This document shows, in pieces, positions 1 through 12,115 of a stretch of 64,000 bases of DNA. Location of the stretch: NCBI RefSeq assembly GCF_032191835.1, contig NC_083223.1:140554001-140618000 (forward strand), written 5' to 3'. The position numbers and the translations under genes are program-made. Source of the stretch: Heteronotia binoei (Eukaryota). Positions within the stretch are counted from its first letter, which is position 1. Every line of letters starts with the position of its first letter. The notes under the pieces were generated by a model. That model saw only the letters and a list, made by a program, of their open reading frames with translations. It did not search any database and had not been told where the DNA came from.

Positions 1-121
1 GGACAATCTCTGGCAGAGCTATGGCTGACCCAAAGCCATTCCAGCAGCTGCAAGTGGAGGAGTGGGGAATCAAACCTAGTTCTCCCAGATAAGAGTCCAC
101 ACACTTAACCACTACACCAAA
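1..121 (-). mobile_element. Squam3-like (tRNA/CORE) SINE, partial
   Basis: Same sequence as the full copies at 14578-14860 and 44610-44890. Confidence 0.8.
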
Positions 122-359
122 CTGACAACAGAATTCAACATCTTTAAGCAATCCTAATGGAATACCTATCACATAAGATCATCTTGGAAAGATCTAGGCA
201 CCATAGTGGGTTGCCAAAGTAACCCAAATACTGAAGACAGTTGTGAGGGGGATGGAAAGAGTAAAGGAAAGACAGGAAGTGGAAAGGTAGGAACCAACCA
301 CAATTTTAAACATAAGTCACACTGAGTTTAAGAAATACATATACATATGCTTTTAAATA

Positions 360-702
360 AAATGGGCAGGAGGTTCAGAATGGTCAAAAGGAAATACTAC
401 TTTAACAGAATGATTAAAATGTGGAATTTGCTGCCAGAGGATGTAGCAATGGACACAGGAATAAACAGCTTTAAAAGAGGATTAAATAAGATTAATGGAG
501 GATAAGTCTATCAATGGCTACTTCCCATGGTGACTGAGGGGAACCTCCAAATTCAGAGGCACTAAATCAGCAGGCAACATCAGAAGGCCTCACATTCTGT
601 GCCAATGTTGGCCGCCCACAAGAACTGGTTGGCCACTGTGTGACACAGGATGCTGGATTAGATGGACTATTAGTCAGATCCAGGAGGGCTCTTATGTTCT
701 TA
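360..702 (+). mobile_element. CR1 LINE 3' fragment
   Basis: Decayed CR1 RT C-terminus (aggaaatactacttt...tggaatttgctgcc) ending in a tcttatgttcttat tail. Confidence 0.75.
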
Positions 703-849
703 TTGTTTATGGCACTCTAGTCTGAATTACACCAGACAGTGACAGATAGCTTCTGTATGCTGGACAACTGATCTGCCAATGTCATCAATAAGCCTTCCTG
801 TTTCCCAGGTTAGATAAACATTCTGGTCCTTTCATGGACTATGATTCTT

Positions 850-2535
850 TAAATGTCATTGTTTAGGATATACTGGACACCACAGTGCCCTTGGAGAAAA
901 GGAGTAAACCGTTTCTGGGCAAGATAATTGAGAAAGCAGTGGCAGAGCAGTTTCAAGTTTTCCTGGAAGACACATCTGTCCTTGATCCCTTCCAGTCCAG
1001 CTTCCACCCTGGCCATGGGACAGAGACTGCTTTGGTCGCCCTCACAAATGACCTTGGAAGGCACCTGGATCAAGGCGGGTCAGCGCTATTGCTTTTAGAT
1101 CTTTCAGCAGCGTTTGACACGACTGACTACGATCTAATGACCCACCGCCTTGCTGACACTGGAGTTCAGGGGGTGGCCTTACAGTGGTTTTCCTCCTTTC
1201 TCCGTGGTCAGGGACAAAGGGTGGTGATCAGTGAGCAGTCTTCCCTGCGTCATCCACTAGAGTGTGGTGTACCACAGGGAGCTATTCTCTCGCCAATGAT
1301 GTTTAACATCTATATGTGCCCCCTTGCCCAGATTGCCAGAGGTTTTGGGCTGGGTTGTCACCAATATGCAATGACACCCAGCTCTATCAGTTGATGGACG
1401 GCCATTCAGACTCCACCCCAGACCATCTAACTAGGGCGTTGGGAGCAGTGGCTGGTTAGCTGAAGTTGAGCCGGCTGAAACTTAACCCTACTAAGATGGA
1501 GGTCCTGTATATGAGTCGCGGGGGGCTGGGATCAGGCGTCCGGCTCCCCGCCCTGGATAGTGCATCCCTTGTGCCAACTCAGAAGGTGAGGAGCCTGGGT
1601 GTGATACTGGATGCCACCCTCAATGGAGGCCCAGGTCACAGCTGTTGCACTGTCTGCCTTTTACCATCTCCAGCAGGCCAGGCAACTAGCACCCTTCCTG
1701 GTTCCTCAGGACTTAGCTACAGTGATCCATGCAATGGTCATTTTCAGGTTGGATTACTGTAACTCACTCTACGCAGGCTTACCCTTGAGGTTGACCCAGA
1801 AACTCCAGCTGGTGCAGAGTGCAGCAGCATAATTGCTGACTGAATTGCCTATACAGGTGAGCAGTCAGCCAATGCTGCGCAGTCTGCATTGGCTACCAAT
1901 CGAGTACCGGATCCGCTTCAAGGTATTAGCACTGACGTTTAAAGCCTTGCGCGGCCTGGGACCAGCATACCCAAGGGACCGCCTCTCCCCATGTGAGCCC
2001 TGGAGGTCGTTACGTTCGGCCACCCAACATCTTCTGACCATCCCTGCCCCAAAGGACGTCCACCTTGCTTCGAACAGGGCCAGGGCTTTTTCGGCCCTGG
2101 CCCCAACCTGGCGGACTCAGCTCCCTTTGGTGGTTCAGGCCTCCAATCTGCTACCATTCTGGAGGGTTTGAAGACAGAGCTGTTCCACCAGGCTTTTGGC
2201 TGAGGTGGGCAGGCGTCCCTATTTAGCTATACCATCTAACTGGCCTCCCAACACTGACTACCATCTGGATTGGAGGAAATCAGGCCGAAATAGCTGGCAT
2301 CTTCAGACACCTAAATTAAGAGTCTACCTTATCCACACTGTCTTAACTTATATTAAATCCGAGCTGTTGGCTCAACTGTCAATTGTCTTAAACTCTTAAC
2401 TTTTAATATGTTTTAATTGTTTAACTGTTTATCTATTGATGTATTGTTGGTTTTTAACTATTTGATATGTTGGAATCCGCCCTGAGCCCTTACGGGAAAG
2501 GGCAGAATACAAATCCACAGAAATAACATAAATAA
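850..2535 (+). mobile_element. L2 LINE 3' portion (frameshifted RT)
   Basis: ORFs 885-1394, 1611-1832 and 1833-2171 carry the L2 motifs LLDLSAAFDT, GVPQGAILSP, RLDYCNSL and LHWLPIEYRI; typical ccgccctgagcc...aataaa tail. Confidence 0.92.
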
Positions 2536-2677
2536 ACTGTCTTAATTCTGGCACTGTAACTTAAAAAACACGTCTCTTAAACATATGTTTTGGCCCTTTC
2601 CAGTTATTTGGTCTTTTGAGAGGAAGTACTTAAGTCAATTTTGCATTATAATATTCACACATCTTTGAGGCTTATGT

Positions 2678-3422
2678 CTCTCTCTCTCTTGGCTTGGCTT
2701 CGCGAACGAAGATTTAGGAAGGGTGCAATAGTCCACGTCTGCTGCAGGCTCGCTGGTGGCTGACAAGACCAATGCGGGACAGGCAGGTCCGGCCACAGTG
2801 GCTGCAGGGAAAAGTCTGATTTAGGGTTGGTGCTGTAGCAGTGCGATTCTTCCTCAATCTCCTTTTGTCCTCAAGACCAGCTATGCGTGCGTTCTCAAAA
2901 GAAGAAACAGCCTGGTGGATGGTGTGCCTCCATGCTTTGCGATCTGAGGCTAGGTCAGACCACTGGTGATGGTTGATGCGACAGGTGCCAAGGGATTTCT
3001 TCAAGGAGTCCTTGTACCTCTTCTTTGGTGCCCCTCTATTTCGATGGCCGGTGGAGAGTTCGCCATACAGGGCAATCTTGGGAAGGCGGTGGTTTTCCAT
3101 CCTAGAAATATGCCCTGCCCAGCGCAGCTGCGTTTTCAACAGCAGTGCCTCGATGCTGGTAACCTCCGCCCGCTTGAGAACTTCAGTGTTGGTCACAAAG
3201 TCACTCCAGTGGATGTTGAGGATGGTGCTAAGGCAGCGCTGATGAAAGCGCTCAAGGAGTCGCAGGTGATGACGGTATAAAACCCACGATTCGGAGCCGT
3301 AGATGAGGGTTGTCATCACAACCGCTTTGTAAACATTGATCTTTGTGCCTTTTTTCAGATGCTTGTTGCTCCACACTCTTTTGTGCAGTCGGCCAAAGGC
3401 ACGGTTTGCCTTTGCCACCCTC
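2678..3422 (-). mobile_element. 5'-truncated RTE-clade LINE with 12-bp TSD
   Basis: Uninterrupted 234-aa ORF (RWAGHISRM...CSHC...H..C); TSD tgaggcttatgt at 2666-2677 and 3423-3434. Confidence 0.92.
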
Positions 3423-3680
3423 TGAGGCTTATGTACATTTAAACTATTAACCTAGACACTAACTGGTGGTCAATAAAAATAGAGCTTTCATGCATGTACT
3501 GCTACAACAGCGGAGAGATAAATTCCCACCTCCTTTAATTAAACAACCTTATCAGCATTTGAACATATGGCATATAGATGGCAACTGCGCATGGACATAC
3601 CAGAAACTACTTTATAGTTACTCCTGTTTCTCAATGTATGACTCAAATATCATATTACAATTAATTCTATCACAACTTAC

Positions 3681-5114
3681 AGTTAAGGTCTGTGTATTTG
3701 CCCTCCAGAGCGTGTACATATGCTTCATACTGTTTCCACCTAATGAGGGATTAAAAATATTTTTCAGATTTAAAAAGATTAAGGCAAATCTGCAATAATC
3801 ATGAGATTTCTGAAATACATACACATTCACTCTGCCAGCTTTAATGGAATTGCTTGTAACAAATCATTACGCTTTCCAATTTCTATCTATGAAGTCTTCA
3901 TTTCTAAAAACTTTATAACATTACTGCATTTTTATCTTCACAAAAACTGAAGCATTCTTTCATAGCTGCACATATACCAAATTAGCAACGCCGAAGGTTT
4001 TCTTGAAACGTTTAATAAAGCATGCTAAATAAGTTAATTTATAGTCTCTCTCTCTATTAAGAGTGTTTGGTTTTTATATGTCAGGCTGCTATTGGAATTC
4101 AAATTCTTTATTCTGTTACCATTCAGTCTTCCTCTTCCCCTGCACAAAGCAATATTTGTTGTGCTCTGAGATAAATATTAAATGCTGTAATCATTTATTA
4201 CATTTATCTTGTCTGTTTGCCAAGAAACTTAAGAGTAGAGTTCATGGCATTATCCCACTGTGTCATCACAATCCACTGTACAAAGTAATTTAGGATGAGA
4301 AACTAAGTGATTTAAGATGAACAAGTAAACTTAGTAGGAATCTGAACTTTGGCTTCCCTACATCAAATCTACGTCACTACCCTTAATGTCATTCCAAGAA
4401 GCTCAACATTACATAGTATGTTCTAGAAAGCTTTATATGCAACATCAAGCAAATTTCTGGCATCAGAAATGAAGCAAAGCATGAAAATATATAGTCAGCT
4501 CCTGTTAAAAACAAACAGGCACTTGCAGTGAGAGGGGTGCTTACATTCTTTTTTTCTGACCTTTTCTCTCAAGTCTTAAACCATAGGCAAACTCTAAAAA
4601 ACTGACATTTTAAATTCTAAACTTTCTTAGTCTTCGCATTTTACATTATTTTCTCAATTCCAAATGCTTTACTCTCAACTTCAATGTAAACAGAATAGAC
4701 CCTGTTGCCTAACTGTTGTCTCAAGTTTAGATACCTGGGTTTTGGTTACTGTAACAGAGTGTTGGACTGGATGGGTCAATGACCTGATCCAAAACAGTTT
4801 CTCATGTTTTTATGTTCTTAAGACATGCAGACTTTTCATTTCTTAAAAATATCTTCACTCATAGTGTTAAAATAATATAACGAAGACAGAAATTACTCAA
4901 AATGGACAGTGAAACAAACTACACATAAGAACATGATTATTTTACCTTAACATCAATTCCTCTCTAGGTAGAACCTTGAAGTCTGTTTCATTGAGGCGAA
5001 CCTAAAGAACAAAGTAATCAAGACTTAGCCTTCTCTTTTATTTGTTATGGAAAAAATACAAGGGGCTAAGATTTTCAAGCTTACCTTTTTGGGAAGCGGC
5101 TCTTCATTAGTCAT
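3681..5114 (-). CDS. WTAP: WTAP (pre-mRNA splicing regulator, m6A writer subunit), first three coding exons: complement(join(3681..3739,4946..5001,5085..5114)); gene continues beyond left edge
   Basis: Spliced translation MTNEEPLPKK|VRLNETDFKVLPREELMLR|WKQYEAYVHALEGKYTDLN matches the vertebrate WTAP N-terminus. Exon sizes are 30/56/59 bp with canonical GT-AG sites; the exon 2 acceptor is at 5123-5124. Confidence 0.97.
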
Positions 5115-6171
5115 TGTGAATTCTGGGGGAAGAAGCAACAAACACTGAGTAATTTGGCCCTCTTAGCTGCATAGTCACTATGAAATGTTAAGGCTGAGAT
5201 CCTATTTATACATACTTGAAATAACTTCCAATGAGTTCAATATAAATTATTTTTGACTAAATATGCACAGAATCATATTACTAAACTTCATTTATTACCT
5301 ACATTTGTCACTGGGACTCAAGGGTTCAGAGGATGAGGCATGTAAAAACTACTACAGAAGCACTCAAATTAAACCCCACTCAAATCACGTGGCTTTTTTT
5401 TACACTGTAGTCCCAGTGAAACCCTGGATTTTATCAACAACTGAACGTTCACTTTTCTCAGGATGACAGACCTTAGCATACCCATGTTATTTTGTTCCTA
5501 TATAGCTTAAGGCCTTTACTGGGAACATGGGTATCACTTATGTTGCTATTAGGTTACAGATATTTTTTTTATACCTTGCTCATATGGGTGCTTAATTTAC
5601 GTCTTTACTAGTTGAAGCTTCCTTTTCCAAGAGAAACCAATTATTATTTTCTCCACAGAAAAGCTGTAACCAACAGAGGCAAATTCGATACAATTCATTT
5701 TTACTGATTCAGCAGCTAACTGAAACTCCATTACTGCATGGAGACCACCAGTATCTACTAAACTTAAAACATTAACTTATCTGAACTTCCTCTTGATTTG
5801 TATCAATAACTTGGCAACAGAAGTGTGATTATCTGACAACTCTATTCAGAAACTGTATGACCACAGTATATTAAGAATACTTCAGATATTGTCACTAAAC
5901 AGGATACAGTTTTACTTAAATAGTTGAAGACCAAGTACTATCAAGAGTTCATTAAGTTGTGCTTTTGGGGGGGGCACAGTGGAAGAACTTCTGGCCCCAC
6001 TCGTGTTCCTCTTGATGGCACTTGGGGGTTTTTGGCCACTGTGTGACACAGAGTGTTGGGCTGGATGGGCCACTGGCCTGATCCAACATGGCTTCTCTTA
6101 TGTTCTTATGTATGCTGAGAAAAACAAGAGTTAAATTTGATTTTGTGAGTACCTCTGTAGACTGACTACAG

Positions 6172-6310
6172 CAGGGGTGGCCAATGGTAGCTCTCCAGAT
6201 GTTTGTTTGGCTATAACTCCCATCAGCCCCAACCAGCATGGCAAATGGCTGGGGCTGATGGGAACTGTAGACAAAAAAAACATCTGGAGAGCTACCGTTG
6301 GCCACCCCTG
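6172..6310. mobile_element. Palindromic hAT-type MITE
   Basis: TIR CAGGGGTGGCCAA, near-perfect hairpin, perfect 8-bp TSD gactacag (6164-6171 and 6311-6318). Confidence 0.9.
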
Positions 6311-8029
6311 GACTACAGCATAGTAGCAACCTAAGAACCAAAATCTTTCATCAAACTATAATTTGGCTTCAAAATAAGTTAAAAATTTATTTTATTTACC
6401 TTATATTTGCATCCCACCCTCTCAGCGAGTATACCTAAACAATTTTGTTGCTTCTGGTAGTAGCCTTATGCAACCAGTTTCTCCCCCTTGGAAGTGATCT
6501 GTGCTTCAGTGTCTGCTTCAGTTTGCTTTCAGTATATGAATGCTGAAAGCCTTCTCTTCAGAACTTGATGTGAAACTAGATGTCAGTGCAAAAACAATAG
6601 TTTCTACATCCACAGTATGAACAACTTCAGAAAGGCTAAACTATCTAAGGGGATGAAGCGGAAATAATCACACTCCAATTTTAAAAACTTTTCACTAGGT
6701 TATATAGCCAAGATAAAATTAGACGTATACAGATAATTTAAAGTGCTAGTTCAAACTTTAGCATACTGTGCAAACTGCACAGCTTAAATATGTTATTTTA
6801 TGTAGTTAAATAGTTTCATGTGTGGCAATAACTAAAGTGGTTTGGGTCACTGTGTGACACAGTGTTGGACAGGATGGGCCATTGGCCTGATCTAACATGT
6901 CCTTAAGAGAGGCAGAACAAGGCTTTTAAAGTCATATATGTTGGTTTTTCAAATTTCAGTAAGTTTCACTGCAAACAGCTGCGTGATAAAGCAGACATGA
7001 GTGTGCTGTCATACCAGACTGATTTTCAGTACTCAATGAGGATGTCCCCCGCCCCGCCTGCAAAATCTTTATGTAAACAGAGGATTCACCTCCAGAGAAC
7101 TCAACAGATGGACTGCTGCCCATAAGTAAAGTGTTCGAGCACCTAAGTGTTCCACAAACAATGTATTATACATGAAAGGGTAACTATGGGCCCTAAGTCA
7201 TTATTTGGTAGCATGTTTACCATGTGTGTGAATGAACTCACTGTATGTTTCTGTGTGACACGGTGTACATGGAATACCTACATGAAATACTTTATTGGTG
7301 GCCATACATTATGTGCTTTAGCCCCATGGATGAACATTTCACTATATATCGAGCTATAGCGCACATAAAATGCACAGATGAAGAATGCATTTTTGCTTTT
7401 GTAACTCAAACTGTGCCTGAACATTATATTATGTTAATTCAGGAAAGTAGTGTAAATGGAAGTAGTTACATGCTTAACCTATGCACTTCATACTCCACAC
7501 ACTTGCTATATTGCAATGCAAAGGCACACATGAAATAACTTGTTTGAATAAAATAGTTTACGTAAATGCTGCAATTTATAAAGTACACAAAGATGAAATA
7601 TAATGGGCCCTACATTTAAAAATTTAGAGTGCTGATAAAGCTTTAGCGAAACAGCTAATCATGAACAAAGTGATCGATGTCAAGTTTGACTAACACAGAG
7701 ATGTAACCTGCTTTGTTTCCTCATGGAAACAAGAGATGTAACCTGCTTTGTTTCTTCACTTGAGACAAATATGGGATGCAAGTGCCTAAATAAATACACC
7801 ATAGCAATTTTTTGGGCACTCAGAAAAACTACCTGCCACTTACCCACCTATACTACGCGGAGCTCGGTCCTAAGCCCGCGAATCTAGAGCCAAGCCCTAC
7901 TGTGTTCTTTTGAAGTGTGGATCAGACTGTAGTCATGGCTTCAAAACACCCTAAACCCATTACAGAACATTATTATTCAAATGTCATAGCAATACAACAT
8001 GATACAGATTTGGGGCTAAGAGGCCTACC

Positions 8030-8900
8030 TAAAGCAAAAACGCTTTTGCGATGTTCTGGGAATGTCTCTTTCCCCAAAAGAAGATACATCGCGGCCCTGC
8101 TTCACTCCGCACTCTTGTAAAAAACGTTTTCCGTGACTTACTAGGCCGACAACAGAGACGACCAGTGTGAAACAGACCTCCCAAGGAGCTGCACAAAAGC
8201 GGAGGGTGCGATCACAAAAAGGATGCGCGCGGGCGGAGGTGTTAGAACTGGGCACAGTACAAACCAGAGCCGACCTCCGATGCCCCATAAAGCGGCGGTC
8301 TATGCATCAATCTTTAACCCCTCGCAGTTCAGTATCAGCGGGCTAGGAGCCTCCCTAAGGGCGGAAGTACCACGGCCCAGATTTGAAGAGGCCACTACTC
8401 ACCTCCCGCCCGGGGCGGCGCCAAGGCTTTGTCTCCTCCGCGCACTCAGCGTCTCCCAGCCGGGGGGGGCTTCTGTCGCATCAATAAAACGGGGCCAGTA
8501 ATGCCCGGCCCAGAGATCGCCGTCCTGCCACGCTCACTTCTCGCCCGCTCTTTATTTGCTGGTTCGTTGCGCTACAAAATGGCGCCGGAGAAGGAAATGA
8601 GCAGCCGCCTCGCCCCTTCCTTGCCTCCCGCCTCGTCCAAGCGAGAAGACAACAGTCGCGCGCAGCCAACCGCTGCCGCTCGCTTAACCAGACTCCCCCC
8701 TCCCTACGCTCTAACCCCACCCTCAGCCGAGCGCGCGCTTCCTTCTTCACACACTTACCGGCCCAACCAGCGACTAACAGCCTCTGCAGTGATAGCAGCG
8801 GCGCTTGCTCAGTGTCGGGACTACTTCCTAGGACGACTTTTCAACACTCCTCCCCGTGTTTTCCACTCGTGTGGGTGAAGTATTTTCCCCCCTCCGCGAA
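8030..8900 (-). promoter_or_regulatory. WTAP: WTAP CpG-island promoter and non-coding exon 1 (donor GGAG|gtgagt at 8402-8401)
   Basis: CpG-dense island upstream of the first coding exon, strong minus-strand donor, YY1-type CAAAATGGCG at 8575-8584. The TSS position is not determinable. Confidence 0.75.
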
Positions 8901-9559
8901 AAAAGTCATTATTTACACGGAAAACAAATACTTCAGCATGATAGAGACCAGGGGGTGAAAGCAGAGATTTAATGTGTCGGACACACAAATCCCGCATCCA
9001 CCGAGGTACACAGCCGCAAAGTATTATGGGAAGCATGGAATAGCGCAAGGATTTGGGGTCTTGTTTTCTAACCACCTGCAGGAGTGAGGCAAAACTGAGC
9101 GGAAGGAGACTAGATAGCAAACCGAAGGAAGAGAATGGATAAAACTAAAGCTTAGTATTTCCAGGTAGATGCTCTGAATTCTCCATAGGTTTTAAGTACA
9201 GGAGTTAATTAAATTGTAGCATCCGTTTTTATGCCAGGTTTCATTTTCGCCAAAGCACAACGTGACAGAATCCAAAGATTTAAATCAATGGATGTGGACG
9301 CATATAACTGCATTAACGTCGCCGTGTGTTAAATAGTAGGCGGATTGTAGGAGGCGTCACAACCATATTTAGTCTAAAATTGGTAAAATAAAATCAGTGG
9401 GGTTTACTTATACAATAAATATTCCTGGGACTGCAAGCAAGCTGGATAGTAAATCAAATTTGACTGCCCAATCAAGCGGGTTTTACAGGACTGAAAAGTA
9501 AGGGCAGAATTGCTAAGAACCACTCTTTTGTGTAAAGGTGACTGACATTAACAATTTGA

Positions 9560-10290
9560 GTTATGCGGTTGCCAACACAATAACGGCAGAAAATAGTGAA
9601 GTCTCGAAACGATTCCTAATGAAAGTTAAACCAGAAAGTGCCAAATCAAGATTACAGTGGAACAAGAAGACTATAAAAGTAATAACTACTGGGGAACTGC
9701 ACAACTTCAAATTGTAGAAGTTTTTCCATTCCTTAGTTCCATCATCAACCAAACAGGATATTGCAACCAAGAAATCAGAAGGAGACTGGGACTGGCAGCT
9801 GTGAAGGTGCTAGAAAAGATCTTTAAGCGTAAGGGCATGTCATTGGTGACCAAAATAATTCACACTGCAGTATTCCTCATTATAATGTATGAGTGTGAAA
9901 GTTGGATAATTAAAAAAGTGGACAGGGAGAAATTTGATTTGAAATGTGCTGAAGGAGAGTTTTATGGGGAAAGTGGGTTGTAAATCAAAAAAAGCCTAAG
10001 CACTCTATAGAAGCTAAAATGACTAAACTAACACTATTGTTGTTTGGGTCACATATCATATGAGAAGACAAGAGTCACTGGAAAAGACAAGAATGCTAGG
10101 AACAGTTAAAAGGCAGCAGCAGGAAAAGAGGAAGACCCAACAGGAGATGGACTGACTCAATCCAGGAAGCCATGCCCCTAGTTTGCAAGACCTGAGCAAG
10201 GCTGTTAATGATAGGACATTTTGCAGGTTATTTATGTATAGGGTTATCATGAGTTGGAAGTGATTTGATGGCACTTAAAACACACAATAG
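9560..10290 (+). mobile_element. Degenerate RTE-BovB LINE 3' fragment
   Basis: ORF 9657-9983 (EVFPFLSS...CNQEIRRRLGL...MYECESW) is homologous to the BovB copy at 61560-64000. Confidence 0.8.
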
Positions 10291-10654
10291 TGACTCAAGA
10301 TGATCTATGTGTTTCTCTCCCCTGCTCCATTTCATCCTCCCAACAGCCCTGTGAAGTAGGCTAGATATAGTGTGTGATGGGCTCAAATAAGTTTCATGGC
10401 CAGCGGTGACTGGAACTGGGACCTTTCCAGAGGTGGAACTGGGACCTTTCCAAAAGAATGCTAAAGCAAATTGACCTTTGGTACAATCCAGGAAGGCAAT
10501 AATTATACTTGTAATTCTATACATGTTTGAGGATAATTCTGCTGATATTACTGGGAGGGTGAGGTGGAAAGTGTCATCAAGTCACAGCTAACTTATGGCA
10601 ACCCATGCAGTTTTCAAGTCAGACATTTAGAGGTGTTTTGCCATTGCCTGCCTC

Positions 10655-11105
10655 CAAGTCCAGAGGAGGGCGATGAAGATGGTGAGGGATCTGGAGACCA
10701 AGTCCTATGAAGAAAGGTTGAAGGAGCTGGGCAAATTTAGCCTGGAGGGGAGGCGGCTGAGAGGTGATATAGTCACTATCTTCAAGTACTTGAAGGGCTG
10801 TCATCTAGAGGATGGTGTGGAATTGTTTTCTTTAGCCCCAGAAGGTAGGACCAGAACCAATGGGTTGAAATTAAAAGAGTTTCCGGCTCAACATTAGGAA
10901 GAACTTCCTGACAGAATGGTTCCTCAGTAGAACAGGCTTCCTCAGAAGGTGGTGGGCTCTCCTTCATTGGAGGTTTTTATAAAGAGGCTAGATGGCCATT
11001 TGACAGCAATGAAGATCCTGTGAATTTAGGGGGAGGTATTTGTGAGTTTCCTGCATTGTGCAGGGGGTTGGACTAGATTACTTCAGAGGCTCCTTCCAAC
11101 TCTAT
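10655..11105 (+). mobile_element. CR1 LINE 3' fragment
   Basis: YEERLKELGKFSLEGRRLRGD motif and a ccttccaactctatgattc tail. Confidence 0.88.
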
Positions 11106-11199
11106 GATTCGAAGTCAAGACCCTTGTATTCCTTGGAGGTCTCCCATCCAAATACTAGCCAGGGTCAAGCCTGCTTAGCTTCCAAAACTCAATCCAGCG

Positions 11200-12115
11200 A
11201 AGACAGAGGTCCTTTGCTTGGGTTGCCGTGGTCTGGGGGGGGAAATGGCGACAATGGCGCACAGGGTCAAGAGCTTGGGGGGTACTACTTGAGCCTGCCT
11301 TATCTATGGAGGCCCAGGTAGCAGCCACTGCTAAGTCCACATTTTTTCATCTTAGGCGGGCGAGGCAGTTGGCTCCCTTCCTGGAGCGAGACGATCTAGC
11401 AACAGTGATCCATGCAACGGTCACCTCAAGGTTGGATTACTGTAATGCCCTCTACATGGGGCTGCCCCTGTGCCAAACCCGGAAGTTGCAGCTAGTGCAA
11501 AACGCCGCCGCTCGGCTGCTATTAGGGCTCCCTAGACGGGAGCACATTCAGCCGGGCCCTTGGGGACTGCACTGGCTGCCAATAATATACCAAGTCCGGT
11601 ACAAGGTGCTGGTTATTACCTTTAAAGCCCTATATGGTCTAGGACCTGCCTACCTTAGGGACCCTCTCTTCCCATATGTTCCCCAGAGAGTACTGCGATC
11701 TGGCTCCCAAAATCTGCTCGTAATCCCCGGGCCAAAGGAGGCCCGGTTGAAGTCAACCAGTTGAAGCCTTCTCAATAACAGCCCCTTGCTGGTGGAACCA
11801 GTTACCGGAAGAGGTCAGGGCCCTGCGGGATATTGGACAATTCCGCAGGGCCTGTACGACAGTCCTCTTCCGGTTGGCCTATAACTGACCGGCACCAAAC
11901 CACCAAACTACCAAAATACTGAAGGAAGTGTATAGATTGTATGTTGTTGGACTAATGCACTGTTTTTAATGTTTTTTAATGTTTTTAATTTCTTAACTAT
12001 GTAAATTGCTATTATATTTAAAATTTGAATTCTATGTTAGAATCTCTGTATTGTAAGCCGCTCTGAGCCCGCTTCAGTGGGGTAGGGCGGGAGATAAATC
12101 AAATAAATAAATAAA
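11200..12115 (+). mobile_element. L2 LINE 3' portion
   Basis: ORF 11228-11764 with SRLDYCNALY and LHWLPI; L2 tail with (aaat)n. Confidence 0.9.

Noticed and set aside
7697-7754. 23-bp exact direct repeat agagatgtaacctgctttgtttc with a 12-bp spacer
   Set aside because: Only two copies; most simply a local slippage duplication.
8223-8878. Overlapping ORFs of 89-149 aa in the WTAP CpG island (also 22790-23287 and 58600-58890)
   Set aside because: Stop-poor GC-rich promoter DNA; low-complexity translations with no recognisable domain.
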